The notes: a model not told the origin generated them from the letters alone. Positions 19,675-30,482 are shown, counted from the stretch's first letter. The stretch is DNA of 64,000 nt from an uncultured Clostridia bacterium (GCA_944381175.1 CALWKD010000004.1:154192-218191), one strand, 5' to 3'. A program made the numbers and translations.

Positions 19675-19692
19675 TTTTAGTCTCTTTTTTCT
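19663..19692 (+). terminator. terminator overlapping the infB stop
   Basis: AAAAGAGA pairs with TCTCTTTT; 10-nt loop containing the TAG stop; T-run follows. Confidence 0.65.
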
Positions 19693-19795
19693 TTGAAATT
19701 TGTGAAAAATAGTTTATAATTGTCTATATGTTTTTATCGAAAAATTTTGACTTGGAATGATTTTTGGAGAAAACATAATTTTCGGGGAGGTTTTT

Positions 19796-20158
19796 ATGGC
19801 AAATCGTATTGAAAGGGCAAACAGCGAAATTCAAAAGTGCCTGATTGAGATAATTAAAAACAAAATGAATGACCCTAGACTTGACAAAATAATCAGCATA
19901 AATGACGTGAGTGTCACGCCAGATTTCAAGTTTTGCAAGGCGAAAGTCAGCGTGCTTGATTTGAATGATGTCGAAAATGTCACAAAAGTTTTGCAAAAGA
20001 GCGAGGGGTTTATCAAGAGAGAACTTGCGAAAATGATTGATATGCCACAAGTGCCAAAAATCAACTTCGTGGTTGATAAAAGTGCGATAAGTGCTCTCAG
20101 AGTGGAAGAAATTTTGAGGACGCTTGATATTCCAAAGGCTGATGAGGGAGAAGAGTGA
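19796..20158 (+). CDS. rbfA: ribosome-binding factor A
   Basis: MANRIERANSEIQKCLIEIIKN...DPRL. GGGGAGG SD. Confidence 0.9.
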   Translation: MANRIERANSEIQKCLIEIIKNKMNDPRLDKIISINDVSVTPDFKFCKAKVSVLDLNDVENVTKVLQKSEGFIKRELAKMIDMPQVPKINFVVDKSAISALRVEEILRTLDIPKADEGEE

Positions 20159-21138
20159 TGACAAGTTGCAGTCAGATAATCAAAAAGATTAAGGGAGCAA
20201 AAAATATTGCCGTTTTTGCACATCGCGGACCAGACTCTGACGCTTGCGGTTCAATGCTTGCATTTCGTGATTTGTGTCGAATTTTGGGCAAAAATGCAGA
20301 GGCGTTTTGTTTCAAATATTCCGATTACATCAAAAACAACTTTGATGTTAAGGAGTTTAAAAGCAACTTTTCAGCCAAAAATTATGATTTGGTTGCTTTT
20401 TGTGATATGCATACGGCGAAAAGATTGGATGAGTGTTATCAAGAAGAATTTAAAAAATGTCAAAATGTCATAATTGTCGACCACCACATTATTTCGGGGA
20501 ATGAGGTTGTCGCGTCAGATTGTGCAAGAATAATTCCGAAGGCTTCCGCGAGCCAATTGGTGCTTGATTTATACAGAGAGATTGGGCAGAAGCCCTCAAA
20601 ACAAGTGGCGAATTATCTTTATGCGGGTCTTGTGGGTGACACAAACAGGTTTTTAAACTCAAACCTGAGCAAAGAAGTCTTTGAGGATGCAACTTATCTT
20701 CTTGAATGTGGAGCAGATGTTCAGAAGATTTACGACAAAATGTATAGGTCCATTTCAAAAAAAGAAATGAGATTGACGAAATATCTGTATGGGCATTTGA
20801 AATATTTGCAGGGTGGAAAAGTTTTGTATATCATCTTCACTGAAAAAGATTACAAGAAACTTGACACCACTTTTGAGGATATCCAACTTTTCTCAAACAC
20901 GCTTATTCAAATCGAGGGAGTTGAGTGGTCGTTCCTTGTTTATCAGGTTTCAAAATTTCATTTCAGATTCAGTATGCGAAGTGCAGAAAACATTGACCTT
21001 GTGCCACTTGCAAGCAAAATGAAGGGTGGCGGGCACAAAAACGCTGCTGCTTTCACAAAAAGAATGAAAAAATCTAAAATCAAAAAGTCGATTGAGAAAT
21101 GGACAAATGGGGTCTTTAATGCAAATAAAAACGACTGA
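20155..21138 (+). CDS. nrnA: DHH/DHHA1 phosphoesterase (NrnA-like nanoRNase/pAp phosphatase)
   Basis: AHRGPDSDACGS, VDHH and GGGH motifs. Confidence 0.8.
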   Translation: MMTSCSQIIKKIKGAKNIAVFAHRGPDSDACGSMLAFRDLCRILGKNAEAFCFKYSDYIKNNFDVKEFKSNFSAKNYDLVAFCDMHTAKRLDECYQEEFKKCQNVIIVDHHIISGNEVVASDCARIIPKASASQLVLDLYREIGQKPSKQVANYLYAGLVGDTNRFLNSNLSKEVFEDATYLLECGADVQKIYDKMYRSISKKEMRLTKYLYGHLKYLQGGKVLYIIFTEKDYKKLDTTFEDIQLFSNTLIQIEGVEWSFLVYQVSKFHFRFSMRSAENIDLVPLASKMKGGGHKNAAAFTKRMKKSKIKKSIEKWTNGVFNANKND

Positions 21139-21979
21139 CAGCGGAATTGTTTTGGTGAACAAGCCAGTTGGAGTTTCCTCAAACAAGGTGGTAAACATCG
21201 TCAAATACGCACTCGGAGCGAAGAAGTGCGGGCATCTTGGAACACTGGATTTGGAGGGACAGGGGCTTTTGCCTGTCACGGTCAACAACGCAACCAAACT
21301 CTTTGATTTCTTTTTGAACAAGGACAAGACATATGAGACGGTTTTTGTGTTTGGATTTGAAACGGACACCTTGGACACCTCAGGGCAAATTTTGAAAGAG
21401 AAAGAGTGCGACATCTCAGAAGATGAGGTGAGGGCTGCAATAAAGGCGATGATTGGAAAGTATGACCAAATGCCTCCGCAATATTCTGCCAAAAAGGTAA
21501 ACGGCAAGACGGCATACAAAAGTGCCAGAATGGGAGAGTTTGTCGAACTTAAACCAAAAGAGGTGGAAATTTTTGATTTTAAGTGCTTGGGAAAAGTCGA
21601 AAAGAATACATACAAGTTTTCAATTTCTTGTTCAAGCGGAACATACATAAGAAGTGTTTGTCGTGATTTGGCTGAAAAACTTGGCACATATGGTAGTATG
21701 CAATGCATAATACGCACAAGATGTGGTGGATTTATGCTTAAAGACGCATATTCGCTTGAGCAAATTCAAAAGGGTGAATTTGAGATGATTTCATCTGAAA
21801 GTGTTTTTGATTATCCAAGATTTGACCTTGATAGCGACGATTTTGAGAAGTTGTGTAATGGGCAAAAATTGAGAGTGAAACTTTCTGGCGGAAATTTCAA
21901 ACTCTACAATGCAGGGAAGTTTGTCGGGACTGGGAAAGTGGATGACGGGCTTTTGAAATTTGAGTTGAGGCTGTTTTAA
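21119..21979 (+). CDS. truB: tRNA pseudouridine55 synthase
   Basis: GIVLVNKPVGVSS, GHLGTLD (catalytic Asp), QMPPQYSAKKVNGK, GTYIRS. Confidence 0.9.
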   Translation: MQIKTTDSGIVLVNKPVGVSSNKVVNIVKYALGAKKCGHLGTLDLEGQGLLPVTVNNATKLFDFFLNKDKTYETVFVFGFETDTLDTSGQILKEKECDISEDEVRAAIKAMIGKYDQMPPQYSAKKVNGKTAYKSARMGEFVELKPKEVEIFDFKCLGKVEKNTYKFSISCSSGTYIRSVCRDLAEKLGTYGSMQCIIRTRCGGFMLKDAYSLEQIQKGEFEMISSESVFDYPRFDLDSDDFEKLCNGQKLRVKLSGGNFKLYNAGKFVGTGKVDDGLLKFELRLF

Positions 21980-22123
21980 TTTTTTGTTGGTTTTATTTTT
22001 AAGTCAAACTATCATCTCTGTTCGACCTTGATATTGGGGTTGTATCAGGTAAATTTTTTGGCAAGATTGTTTTGTTTACTTTATTTCATTTAGATTTGAA
22101 ATTTTAAATTTTGGGAGAAAAAA

Positions 22124-23005
22124 ATGGGAAAGGTTTTGTTTGGACCCGCTGGAAACAGTTTGTCCTTTTATGAAGAGGGGTTAAAAAGCACACTTGAGAC
22201 GCCAATGTGGCTTAAAAAGCAAGGGAAAGGCTTGTTTGAAGGTGGGCTTGACCTCTTTGAGTATAGTTTTGGGCAAGGATTCCGTATGACGAGTGAGAAA
22301 GCGAAAGAAATCGGTGATAAGTTCAAGGAATTTGGAATTGAAATGTCAATTCACGCACCTTATTTTATCAATTTCGCAAATCCCGACCCAGTTATGTATG
22401 AAAAATCACTCGGTTACATCCGAACAGGCATAAAATTTATGAACGCTTTTGGTGCAAAAAGAATGGTTTTTCATCCTGGCTCTTGCGGAAAAATGGAGAG
22501 AAGTGAGGCTGTTGGGCTTTTGCGGGAGAGATTTGTGGAGTTTATGCCAGAGATTGAGGCGGAGTTGGGTGCGGAAATGTTTATTTGCCCAGAGACAATG
22601 GGAAAATCAATGCAAATCGGAACTTTCAAGGAGATAATCGACCTGTGCACAATCTCAGACAAACTTCTTCCGACCTTCGATTTCGGACATATAAATGCTC
22701 TTACGCAAGGTTCACTTAAAACGCCAGATGACTTCCAGAGAATTTTTGACTACTCTTTTGAAAAATTGGGAGAGTTTAGGACAAAAAATGCACAAGTTCA
22801 CTTTTCAAAAATTGAGTATGGTGCAAAAGGTGAAATCAGACATTTGACTTTCGCTGACACTGTTTATGGTCCAAATTTTGAGCATCTGTGTGAGGTCTTG
22901 GTCAAGAATGATATGAGTTGCCACATAATCTGCGAGTCAAGTGAGACGCAAGCAGAGGACAGTGTGGCAATGAAACAAATTTATCTGCAATCTTTGCAAA
23001 AATGA
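22124..23005 (+). CDS. AP endonuclease family 2 TIM-barrel protein (endonuclease IV-like)
   Basis: Ordered metal-ligand-like motifs: HAPYFINFA, VFHPGS, CPETMGK, FDFGHINA, HFSKIEY, ICES. Confidence 0.65.
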   Translation: MGKVLFGPAGNSLSFYEEGLKSTLETPMWLKKQGKGLFEGGLDLFEYSFGQGFRMTSEKAKEIGDKFKEFGIEMSIHAPYFINFANPDPVMYEKSLGYIRTGIKFMNAFGAKRMVFHPGSCGKMERSEAVGLLRERFVEFMPEIEAELGAEMFICPETMGKSMQIGTFKEIIDLCTISDKLLPTFDFGHINALTQGSLKTPDDFQRIFDYSFEKLGEFRTKNAQVHFSKIEYGAKGEIRHLTFADTVYGPNFEHLCEVLVKNDMSCHIICESSETQAEDSVAMKQIYLQSLQK

Positions 23006-23066
23006 CATTTAGTGACAGCATTGAAAATTTGCTCATAATGACAATGAAGTGCCTCAATTTTGCATC

Positions 23067-23094
23067 TTGACAATCACTGGTGTTGTGGTATAAT
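23067..23094 (+). promoter_or_regulatory. sigmaA promoter of the 597-aa gene
   Basis: TTGACA (23067-23072), 16-nt spacer, TATAAT (23089-23094). Confidence 0.6.
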
Positions 23095-23114
23095 AACGGC
23101 ATAGGAAGGTCAAG

Positions 23115-24908
23115 ATGCAGTTTGATTTGATGTGGTTAAAAGCCAAAAAATTTCTTTCAAAGAAGGTCTCTATGCTGAAGGCTAGAAGTTCGGCAAAGAA
23201 AGAGATGAAAAGAATAAATTTCACCTTTGCAAACGAAAGTCCAAGAAGGACATTTAAGCAATTTGATGACTTGCAAAAGAGGACATATTTTTTTGATAAG
23301 TTGACCGATGTCAAAGATGGAAAAATCTCTTATAAAGGGATGATTTCTTTTGTAGATTTTATCTTGCAGGAGAGCATTCCAAAAGGAAATCCAAGAGTGT
23401 TTGTGCAGGGGCGGACATTTGCCTTCAACCAAAACACTTTTGCACAATTTGTCCCTCTTGCTGACACAGGAAAAGGATGTGTTGAGATTTCTTCCAGAAG
23501 AATTTTGGAAGTTTTGGGAGGAGAAAGAAACTTTCTTGACTTAATCATTTCTCTTGGTCACGAACGCAAGCATTATTTTCAATACCTTGGGAAATTGAAA
23601 ATGAAAAAATTTTCTGAGAAAAAACTTTCAAAAGTTGATGATCGCGAGAAGCAAATTTTTGCAGACCTTGACAAAGAGGAGTTTCAATGGACGGAAATTG
23701 GAAACATCATCGGACTGCTTTGGTCGGATCTGAATGGCGAATTTATCAAAGAATACAGTGAGTTGGCTGAGAACGAGAAATTGCAATTCAAACGAATGGT
23801 TGTTTACTCGCAGTATGCTCAGTCAAAGGCAGAAGAAGATGCTCGAGCTGGTGGAATTGCCTTTGCAAAGCAGTTTGTTGAATCTGTTGTTCGGGATGAG
23901 ATGTGTGATAGACATTTGAGAAAGTGGCTTGTGGGACAATTGACAGTATTTGAAGAACGCATCCAAGAAGAAAAAGAAACGAGAGAAAGTTATGTTTTAT
24001 ATAGAGATTTTCAAGAATATCTCTCAAAAATCCCTGTCAAAAGAATCGCCGAGATTGGCAGTAATATAGAAAATAAACTGCGAGTAATAAACTATTTAAA
24101 TTCCGATTGCTCAAATTTGAATAGGCCAAAATTGCAACTTTCAGCAATGGATGCTTACAGAAAACTGGTTTCCATATATTTGGAGGGAAAGTCAAGAGAG
24201 GAACTTGTCGAGTTTCTTTGCAATTCGGTCAAAAATCAATATGTCCAACTTGGACTTGCAACGAAGTGGTTGTTAAACGAAAAATTTGGCACCAAAAAGA
24301 ATGGCGAAGATTTGGTGTCAGATAAGATTGAAGAAATCTTCTCCACAGAAGAGTTGACAGTTGAGACGATTTTGTCTTTTGGGAATTTGTTGAGAACCGA
24401 GCAATCGCTCAAACTTATAGGGGGATTTTTAAAGGAAAACAAAATTCGTTTTGCAATAAGTTTATGTTCATCAATCGGAAACAAATCGGCACTTTTCAAA
24501 CATATTGCATACAATTCCATATTTAAAAACGCAGAGCAGATGTTCAGTAAATTTGAAAAAGGTGAGAAAGATGTTGTGATTGCTGACTTTCTTGAATTGA
24601 AAGATTTTATTGAAGATTTTGACATAGATTATAGTTTTGGAAAAGAACTTGGCGTAAGAGGCGAAACTTTCTTGCACAGAAGAGCAGAAAAACTTTTGAA
24701 AAGGTTTGAAGAAAACAAAGAAAGAATGCTTGAGATGAGCGAAGCAAATGAAGAATATCAAACAAAGTTGACTGAAAAAGTTTACGGTAAAAAAGAAGTG
24801 GAATTTGCAAAGAAATGGGAAGATGAAAGGAAAGAATGGAAAAAATTCTCTCAAGGAGAATCGTCTTCCAATGAATCGAACGCCGATTTGCTTAGATTGC
24901 CTCAATAA
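23115..24908 (+). CDS. hypothetical 597-aa protein with a single HExxH motif
   Basis: SLGHERKHYFQY (HExxH) at about aa 157-161. The rest looks helical, with a K/E-rich coiled-coil-like C-terminus. AGGAAGG SD. Confidence 0.65.
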   Translation: MQFDLMWLKAKKFLSKKVSMLKARSSAKKEMKRINFTFANESPRRTFKQFDDLQKRTYFFDKLTDVKDGKISYKGMISFVDFILQESIPKGNPRVFVQGRTFAFNQNTFAQFVPLADTGKGCVEISSRRILEVLGGERNFLDLIISLGHERKHYFQYLGKLKMKKFSEKKLSKVDDREKQIFADLDKEEFQWTEIGNIIGLLWSDLNGEFIKEYSELAENEKLQFKRMVVYSQYAQSKAEEDARAGGIAFAKQFVESVVRDEMCDRHLRKWLVGQLTVFEERIQEEKETRESYVLYRDFQEYLSKIPVKRIAEIGSNIENKLRVINYLNSDCSNLNRPKLQLSAMDAYRKLVSIYLEGKSREELVEFLCNSVKNQYVQLGLATKWLLNEKFGTKKNGEDLVSDKIEEIFSTEELTVETILSFGNLLRTEQSLKLIGGFLKENKIRFAISLCSSIGNKSALFKHIAYNSIFKNAEQMFSKFEKGEKDVVIADFLELKDFIEDFDIDYSFGKELGVRGETFLHRRAEKLLKRFEENKERMLEMSEANEEYQTKLTEKVYGKKEVEFAKKWEDERKEWKKFSQGESSSNESNADLLRLPQ

Positions 24909-24987
24909 TTTGGCGAAATAACTTGCCAAATGCGAGAGAATATGTTAAACTAAAAAAGTAGAAATTATTGATTATTAGGAGATATTT

Positions 24988-25548
24988 ATGGTTACAGCAG
25001 GAGATTTTAGAAAAGGCACAACTTTTGAAATGGACGGAAACGTTTACAACGTTATTGAATTTTTGCACGTTAAGCCAGGCAAGGGCTCTCCTTTTGTTAG
25101 GGCAAAAATTAAGAACGTTATGACTGGGCAGGTCAGAGAGGACACTTTCAACCCTTCTGACAAATTCCAAGAGGCTGTCATTGAAAAGAAGGAAATGATT
25201 TACCTCTACAACGACGGCGAACTCTATTATTTTATGGACAACGAAACTTACGAGCAAATGCCACTCAACAAGGAGTCGGTTGCTGATGCTTTGAACTTCG
25301 TCACAGAAAATATGCCAACAACTATGTATATCTACAAGGGAGTTCCATTTGCGGTTTATCCTCCAACTTTTGTTGAACTTGAAGTTGTGGACACGGAGCC
25401 AGGGATTCAAGGCGACACTTCAAAGGCATCTCAAAAGCCAGCAACCTTGAGCACAGGCTATGTCATCAGAGTTCCACTTTTTGTAAATATTGGTGATGTT
25501 ATTCGTGTTGACACAAGAGACGGCTCATATATGGAGAAAGTTAAGTAA
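24988..25548 (+). CDS. efp: elongation factor P
   Basis: [39 protein letters not shown]. Confidence 0.95.
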   Translation: MVTAGDFRKGTTFEMDGNVYNVIEFLHVKPGKGSPFVRAKIKNVMTGQVREDTFNPSDKFQEAVIEKKEMIYLYNDGELYYFMDNETYEQMPLNKESVADALNFVTENMPTTMYIYKGVPFAVYPPTFVELEVVDTEPGIQGDTSKASQKPATLSTGYVIRVPLFVNIGDVIRVDTRDGSYMEKVK

Positions 25549-25557
25549 AAAATTTAA

Positions 25558-25586
25558 AGGCATATCCAAGCGATATGTCTTTTTTG
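25558..25586 (+). terminator. terminator after efp
   Basis: 9-bp stem AGGCATATC / GATATGTCT, followed by TTTTTT. Confidence 0.75.
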
Positions 25587-25635
25587 ATGTGTTTTTATTT
25601 GGAGAAATGGTGTTGGAAATGATAAAATACTTGAT

Positions 25636-27441
25636 ATGAAAGACTTAAGTTTGATAAGAAATTTTTGTATTATTGCACACATTGACCACGGAAAGAGCAC
25701 GCTTGCCGACAGACTTATTGAAATGACAGGAACTGTCTCAAAGAGGGATATGCAAGACCAAATTCTTGACAGTATGGAACTTGAACGCGAAAAGGGCATC
25801 ACGATTAAACTCGCTCCGACAAGGCTTATTTATGAGTTTGAGGGGAAGGAATATACGCTGAACCTCATTGACACACCAGGGCACGTCGATTTCACTTATG
25901 AAGTGTCTCGTTCTCTTGCCGCTTGCGAGGGAGCACTTCTTCTTGTTGACGCGTCTCAGGGGGTTGAGGCACAGACCTTGGCAAACACATATCTTGCCTT
26001 CGACAACAACTTGGAAACCGTTCCAGTCATAAACAAAATCGACTTGCCTTCTGCACGCGTTGAGGAAGTCAAAGAGGAGATTGAGGAAGTTATTGGGCTT
26101 GATGCAGAAGATTGTCCGTGCATTTCCGCAAAAGAAGGAACAAACATTGACCAAGTCCTGAAAGCGATAATCACCAAAATTCCCGCTCCGAAAGGCGATG
26201 TAAATGGGAAACTCAAATGCCTCATCTTTGACAGCCACTACGACAATTTCAAAGGTGCGATTTGTCTTGTGAGGGTGTTTGACGGCACTGTCAAGGCGGG
26301 CGACAAAATTTTGATGATGCAGACTGGAAAGATATTTGAGGTTACGGAAGTTGGAATTTTTGTGCCAAGCACAAAGTCCACAAACTCTCTTTCCGCGGGT
26401 GATGTTGGATATATTTCCGCTTCAATCAAGACTATTTCTGATGTCAAGGTTGGTGACACGGTGACATCTGCTGAAGACCCGATTGAAAAACCGCTTGACG
26501 GCTATAAGTCTGTTCAGCCAGTCGTCTTTTGCGGAATTTTTCCAGTTGACGGGGCGAAATATGGCGAACTTAAGGACAGCCTCGAAAAACTTAAACTCAA
26601 TGACGCAAGTTTGCAATTCACACCAGAGGTTTCCTCTGCTCTTGGATATGGATTTAGGTGTGGATTTTTGGGACTCTTGCACTTGGAAATTATCACGGAG
26701 AGGCTTGAGAGAGAGTTCAATCTCGACATCATCACCACCGCTCCAAGTGTGTCCTACAATGTTTACAAAACAAATGGAGATATGATTGTAGTTTCAAATC
26801 CGTCAAGCCTGCCACCAACAGTTGAGATTGACCGAATTGAAGAGCCAATCGTCAAGGTCAACATCTTCACGCCACCTGAATATGTTGGTGCGATTATGGA
26901 ACTTTGCCAAAACAAAAGAGGCGTCTACAAAGATATGCAGTATCTTGACAAGAAAAGAGTGGAACTTGTTTACACTTTGCCTCTTGGCGAAATCATCTAC
27001 AACTTTTTTGACAGCCTCAAATCAAGGACGAAAGGGTATGCAAGTTTTGACTATGAAATGGCGGGATTTGAGAAGGCGGACCTTGTCAAAGTTGATTTGA
27101 TGTTAAACGGCGAAAAGTGTGATGCTTTGTCGCTTATTGTTCACAAGGACAACGCATACAATAGGGGCAGAGAACTCGCAGAGAAACTCAAAAAAATCAT
27201 CCCTAGACAACTCTTTGAAGTGCCAATTCAGGCGTGCATTGGAAACAAGGTTATCGCTAGAGAGACCATTTCGGCAATGAGAAAAGATGTTTTGGCGAAG
27301 TGTTATGGCGGGGATGTCACTCGTAAAAGAAAACTCCTTGAAAAGCAAAAAGAAGGGAAAAAACGAATGAGAAAAATTGGTTCGGTGGAGATTCCGTCTG
27401 AGGCATTTATGAGCATTTTGAAACTCGATGACGACAAGTGA
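25636..27441 (+). CDS. lepA: elongation factor 4 (LepA)
   Basis: [33 protein letters not shown], and the LepA-specific C-terminal domain. Confidence 0.95.
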   Translation: MKDLSLIRNFCIIAHIDHGKSTLADRLIEMTGTVSKRDMQDQILDSMELEREKGITIKLAPTRLIYEFEGKEYTLNLIDTPGHVDFTYEVSRSLAACEGALLLVDASQGVEAQTLANTYLAFDNNLETVPVINKIDLPSARVEEVKEEIEEVIGLDAEDCPCISAKEGTNIDQVLKAIITKIPAPKGDVNGKLKCLIFDSHYDNFKGAICLVRVFDGTVKAGDKILMMQTGKIFEVTEVGIFVPSTKSTNSLSAGDVGYISASIKTISDVKVGDTVTSAEDPIEKPLDGYKSVQPVVFCGIFPVDGAKYGELKDSLEKLKLNDASLQFTPEVSSALGYGFRCGFLGLLHLEIITERLEREFNLDIITTAPSVSYNVYKTNGDMIVVSNPSSLPPTVEIDRIEEPIVKVNIFTPPEYVGAIMELCQNKRGVYKDMQYLDKKRVELVYTLPLGEIIYNFFDSLKSRTKGYASFDYEMAGFEKADLVKVDLMLNGEKCDALSLIVHKDNAYNRGRELAEKLKKIIPRQLFEVPIQACIGNKVIARETISAMRKDVLAKCYGGDVTRKRKLLEKQKEGKKRMRKIGSVEIPSEAFMSILKLDDDK

Positions 27442-28547
27442 GAGAAGCGGTGGAAAAGGATATTTCAATTTACATTCACATACCTTTCTGTGAGCAGAAG
27501 TGCAATTATTGTGCTTTTGCCTCTTTTTGCGTGAGCGAAAGTGAAAAGGAAAAGTATATTGAATTTCTTTGCAAGGAGATTGAAAAGCGGAAATCTTCAA
27601 GACCAGTCAAAACCATTTACATCGGCGGAGGGACTCCAAGTGTTTTAAGCGAAGAACAAATTGAAAAAGTTGTCAAAGCGGTTTACAAGAATTTTGATGT
27701 CTATGAAGACGCAGAGTTCGCCATTGAGGCAAACCCAAACTCAACAACAGAAGAAAAACTCTTGAAATGGAAAAAGTTGCGTGTAAACAGAGTCAGCATC
27801 GGCGTGCAGTCGCTGAGTGACAAGAGTCTGAAGAAAATAAATCGCTTGCACGACAGAAAAATGGCAATCGAAAAAATCAAACTTGCAAGACGTTATTTTT
27901 CAAATGTTTCGGCAGATTTGCTGGTCGGGCTTGAGGGAGAGAGCGGAAAAGATTTGTCGAAATACGCATTGGAACTTCTTTCTTTGGGAATCAAACACAT
28001 CTCTTGCTATCTGCTTGAGGTCTATGAGGGGACAAAACTCTATGATTTGGTGCAGAGCAAAAAGTATCTCCCACTTGATGACGACAAGACAATCGAGGCG
28101 TTCAACAAACTCTCAAATTTCCTCGTCGACAAGGGAATGGAGCGTTACGAAATCTCAAACTTTGCATTTTTGGGGTTTGAAAGCCAGCACAACCTAAATT
28201 ATTGGGCAAGAGGAGACTATTTGGGCTTTGGACTTGGTGCTCATTCTTTTGAAAATAACCGCAGATATCGCAATTCGGACAAGTTTAGCGAGTATTACGA
28301 GAGCAAGGTTTATGAAGAAAATTTGACATCTAAGGAAATAATTGAAGAAGAGGTTATGCTTGGGCTTAGGTGCAAACTTGGTGTAGATTTGGAAAAAATC
28401 AAAAATTTGGGTTATGATTTGACAAAAAACGAGTATTTTGCGGACTATCTTAGGCAGGGAATTATCAAGCGAAACGGAAATGTTGTCACGCTGAACCCGA
28501 CTTTTTATCACATCAGCAACACGATTATCGCAAACCTTCTGCCATAA
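27438..28547 (+). CDS. hemW: radical SAM heme chaperone HemW (HemN-like)
   Basis: [14 protein letters not shown] (CxxxCxxC). GTG start overlaps the lepA stop. lepA-hemW adjacency is typical of Firmicutes. Confidence 0.85.
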   Translation: MREAVEKDISIYIHIPFCEQKCNYCAFASFCVSESEKEKYIEFLCKEIEKRKSSRPVKTIYIGGGTPSVLSEEQIEKVVKAVYKNFDVYEDAEFAIEANPNSTTEEKLLKWKKLRVNRVSIGVQSLSDKSLKKINRLHDRKMAIEKIKLARRYFSNVSADLLVGLEGESGKDLSKYALELLSLGIKHISCYLLEVYEGTKLYDLVQSKKYLPLDDDKTIEAFNKLSNFLVDKGMERYEISNFAFLGFESQHNLNYWARGDYLGFGLGAHSFENNRRYRNSDKFSEYYESKVYEENLTSKEIIEEEVMLGLRCKLGVDLEKIKNLGYDLTKNEYFADYLRQGIIKRNGNVVTLNPTFYHISNTIIANLLP

Positions 28548-28561
28548 AACTTTCAAATTGC

Positions 28562-28590
28562 TTGCAAAAGACCGCTTTCTGTGTTACAAT
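28562..28590 (+). promoter_or_regulatory. sigmaA promoter of ylxM-ffh
   Basis: TTGCAA (28562-28567), 17-nt spacer, TG-n-TACAAT (28585-28590). Confidence 0.6.
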
Positions 28591-28631
28591 CTTAAGAGCA
28601 AAATTTGTTTTGCTTGGCAGGAGAGAACATT

Positions 28632-28964
28632 GTGGCGAAAATAGAACTTCAAGATTTTGTGAAATACGGAAAACTGTTTGAGGTTTATGGAAAACTTTTG
28701 AGCGAAGACAGGCAGAAGATTATGAGTTTGTATTTTGACTTCAATATGACTCTCGCTGAAATTGCAAACGAGAAAAATATCTCTCGTCAGGCAGTGCTTG
28801 ATGCTGTCGACAAATCTTGCCACAAACTTGAAGAATACGAAAGCGTTTTGAAGGTCGTGGAAAAAAATCAAATTCTTGAAGAGAGGTTGAGGGAGATTTG
28901 TGACGACGAGGGTTGCACAAAAGAGATAAAATCAAAAGTCGAGGAAATTTTGAGGGAATTGTAA
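28632..28964 (+). CDS. ylxM: YlxM (UPF0122) HTH protein
   Basis: LYFDFNMTLAEIANEKNISRQAVLDAV (sigma70 region-4-like HTH). GTG 28632 follows a GGAGAG SD. Lies directly upstream of ffh. Confidence 0.8.
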   Translation: MAKIELQDFVKYGKLFEVYGKLLSEDRQKIMSLYFDFNMTLAEIANEKNISRQAVLDAVDKSCHKLEEYESVLKVVEKNQILEERLREICDDEGCTKEIKSKVEEILREL

Positions 28965-30277
28965 TGGCATTATTTTCATCATTATCAGAAAAATTAAATC
29001 ATATTTTTTCAAAACTGACCAAGAGAGGAAAGTTGACCGAACTTGAAATCAAAGAGGCAATGCGTGAGGTCAGAGTCGCACTTCTTGAGGCGGATGTAAA
29101 CTATTTGGTCGCAAAAAAGTTTGTCGCAGATGTAAGTGCAAAGGCTATGGGCGAAGAGGTTATGAAGAGCCTCACGCCAGGGCAAATGGTCATAAAAATC
29201 GTCAAGGACGAACTTACCGCGCTCATATCTTCCGACAATCAAAAACTTCAAATCGCACCAAACCCACCGACAATCATTATGATGTGCGGTCTTCAAGGTG
29301 CTGGAAAAACAACAATGTGCGGAAAACTCGCATATTATCTCAAAAAGAGCGGAAAGAAACCGCTTTTGGTTGCGTGCGATATTTACAGACCAGCAGCAAT
29401 AAATCAATTGCAAGTGGTCGGTAAAACCGCGAATGCAGAGGTGTTTGAAAGAGGGACTCAAAACCCTGTCAAAACCGCAAAACAAGCCATTGAGCACGCG
29501 AAAAAACAAGGCTTTGATGTTGTGATAATCGACACCGCAGGCAGACTCCACATCAATGAGGAGTTGATGGAAGAACTTAAAGAAATTAAAAAAGAAGTGA
29601 AGCCGGCCGAGATTTTGCTTGTTGTCGACGCAATGACTGGACAAGACGCCGTCACAATCAGCGAAAGTTTCAATCGCGACCTCGACATCACGGGTGTTGC
29701 TTTGACAAAACTTGACGGCGACACAAGAGGCGGTGCGGCACTTTCTATCAAGGCAATCACTGGCAAACCAATCAAATTTTCTGGCGTTGGCGAAAAAATT
29801 GGAGATTTGGAACCTTTCCATCCAGACAGAATCGCAAGTCGAATTTTGGGTATGGGCGATGTTCTTTCGCTTATTGAAAAGGCACAAGAGGCGGTGACCG
29901 AAGAAGAAGCACGAAAGATGACTGAGAAATTGAGAGAAAATTCGTTCACTTTTGAAGATTATCTCACTCAAATGGAAAGTCTCAAAAAAATGGGAAGCCT
30001 CAACGACATAATCGGAATGATTCCAGGAATGGCGTCAAAAATGAAAGGTGTTGCCATTGACGAAAAGCAACTCGAAGTCAACAAGGCGATTATTCAAAGT
30101 ATGACGAGAGAGGAGCGTCTCAATCCAGATATTATCAAGGCGAGCCGAAGAAAGCGAATCGCCGAAGGGAGCGGAACGACAATTCAACAAGTCAATATGC
30201 TTTTGCGTCAGTTTGAGCAGTCCAAGGAGATGATGAAGCAACTCAAGGGCAAGAAAGGCTTCGGAAGAATGTTTTAA
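28964..30277 (+). CDS. ffh: signal recognition particle protein Ffh
   Basis: MCGLQGAGKTT, DTAGR, TKLDGD, and the M domain. ATG overlaps the ylxM stop (TAATG). Confidence 0.95.
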   Translation: MALFSSLSEKLNHIFSKLTKRGKLTELEIKEAMREVRVALLEADVNYLVAKKFVADVSAKAMGEEVMKSLTPGQMVIKIVKDELTALISSDNQKLQIAPNPPTIIMMCGLQGAGKTTMCGKLAYYLKKSGKKPLLVACDIYRPAAINQLQVVGKTANAEVFERGTQNPVKTAKQAIEHAKKQGFDVVIIDTAGRLHINEELMEELKEIKKEVKPAEILLVVDAMTGQDAVTISESFNRDLDITGVALTKLDGDTRGGAALSIKAITGKPIKFSGVGEKIGDLEPFHPDRIASRILGMGDVLSLIEKAQEAVTEEEARKMTEKLRENSFTFEDYLTQMESLKKMGSLNDIIGMIPGMASKMKGVAIDEKQLEVNKAIIQSMTREERLNPDIIKASRRKRIAEGSGTTIQQVNMLLRQFEQSKEMMKQLKGKKGFGRMF

Positions 30278-30297
30278 AAATTATGAAAATGCAAAAT

Positions 30298-30331
30298 AAA
30301 ACCTCTTAAAGTCAAGGGGTTTTTATTTTTT
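30298..30331 (+). terminator. terminator after ffh
   Basis: AAAACCTCT pairs with AGGGGTTTT, followed by a T-run. Confidence 0.7.
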
Positions 30332-30453
30332 GTTGTTTGGCAAAATTTTTTATGGGATTTTATCGAATCTAGGTTGTTTTTTTCTAAAAGGCCTTTTTGG
30401 CGGGGAAAATTGTGTGAAATTTAATGAATCTACAAAAAATATTTGCGAAATAC

Positions 30454-30482
30454 TTTACAAGCTTTGTTTTGTATGCTATAAT
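30454..30482 (+). promoter_or_regulatory. sigmaA promoter of the rpsP operon
   Basis: TTTACA (30454-30459), 17-nt spacer, TATAAT (30477-30482). Shares the block TTTGTATGCTATAAT with the rplS promoter. Confidence 0.7.

Noticed and set aside
20950-21717. 255-aa ORF antisense to nrnA/truB
   Set aside because: It is a shadow ORF opposite conserved genes and has no RBS.
23079-23103. Possible fourth, partial copy of the box element (GGTGTTGTGGTATAATAACGGCAT)
   Set aside because: Only the GTGGTAT core matches, and the sequence is better explained as the -10 region of the 23115 gene promoter.
24909-24935. Hairpin TTTGGC-GAAATAACT-TGCCAAA after the 597-aa gene
   Set aside because: The stem is short and no U-tract follows on either strand. 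It is not convincing as a terminator.
29009-29971. 320-aa ORF (plus a 163-aa ORF) antisense to ffh
   Set aside because: It lies opposite a highly conserved gene, with no start context and no recognisable motifs. This is a typical shadow ORF.
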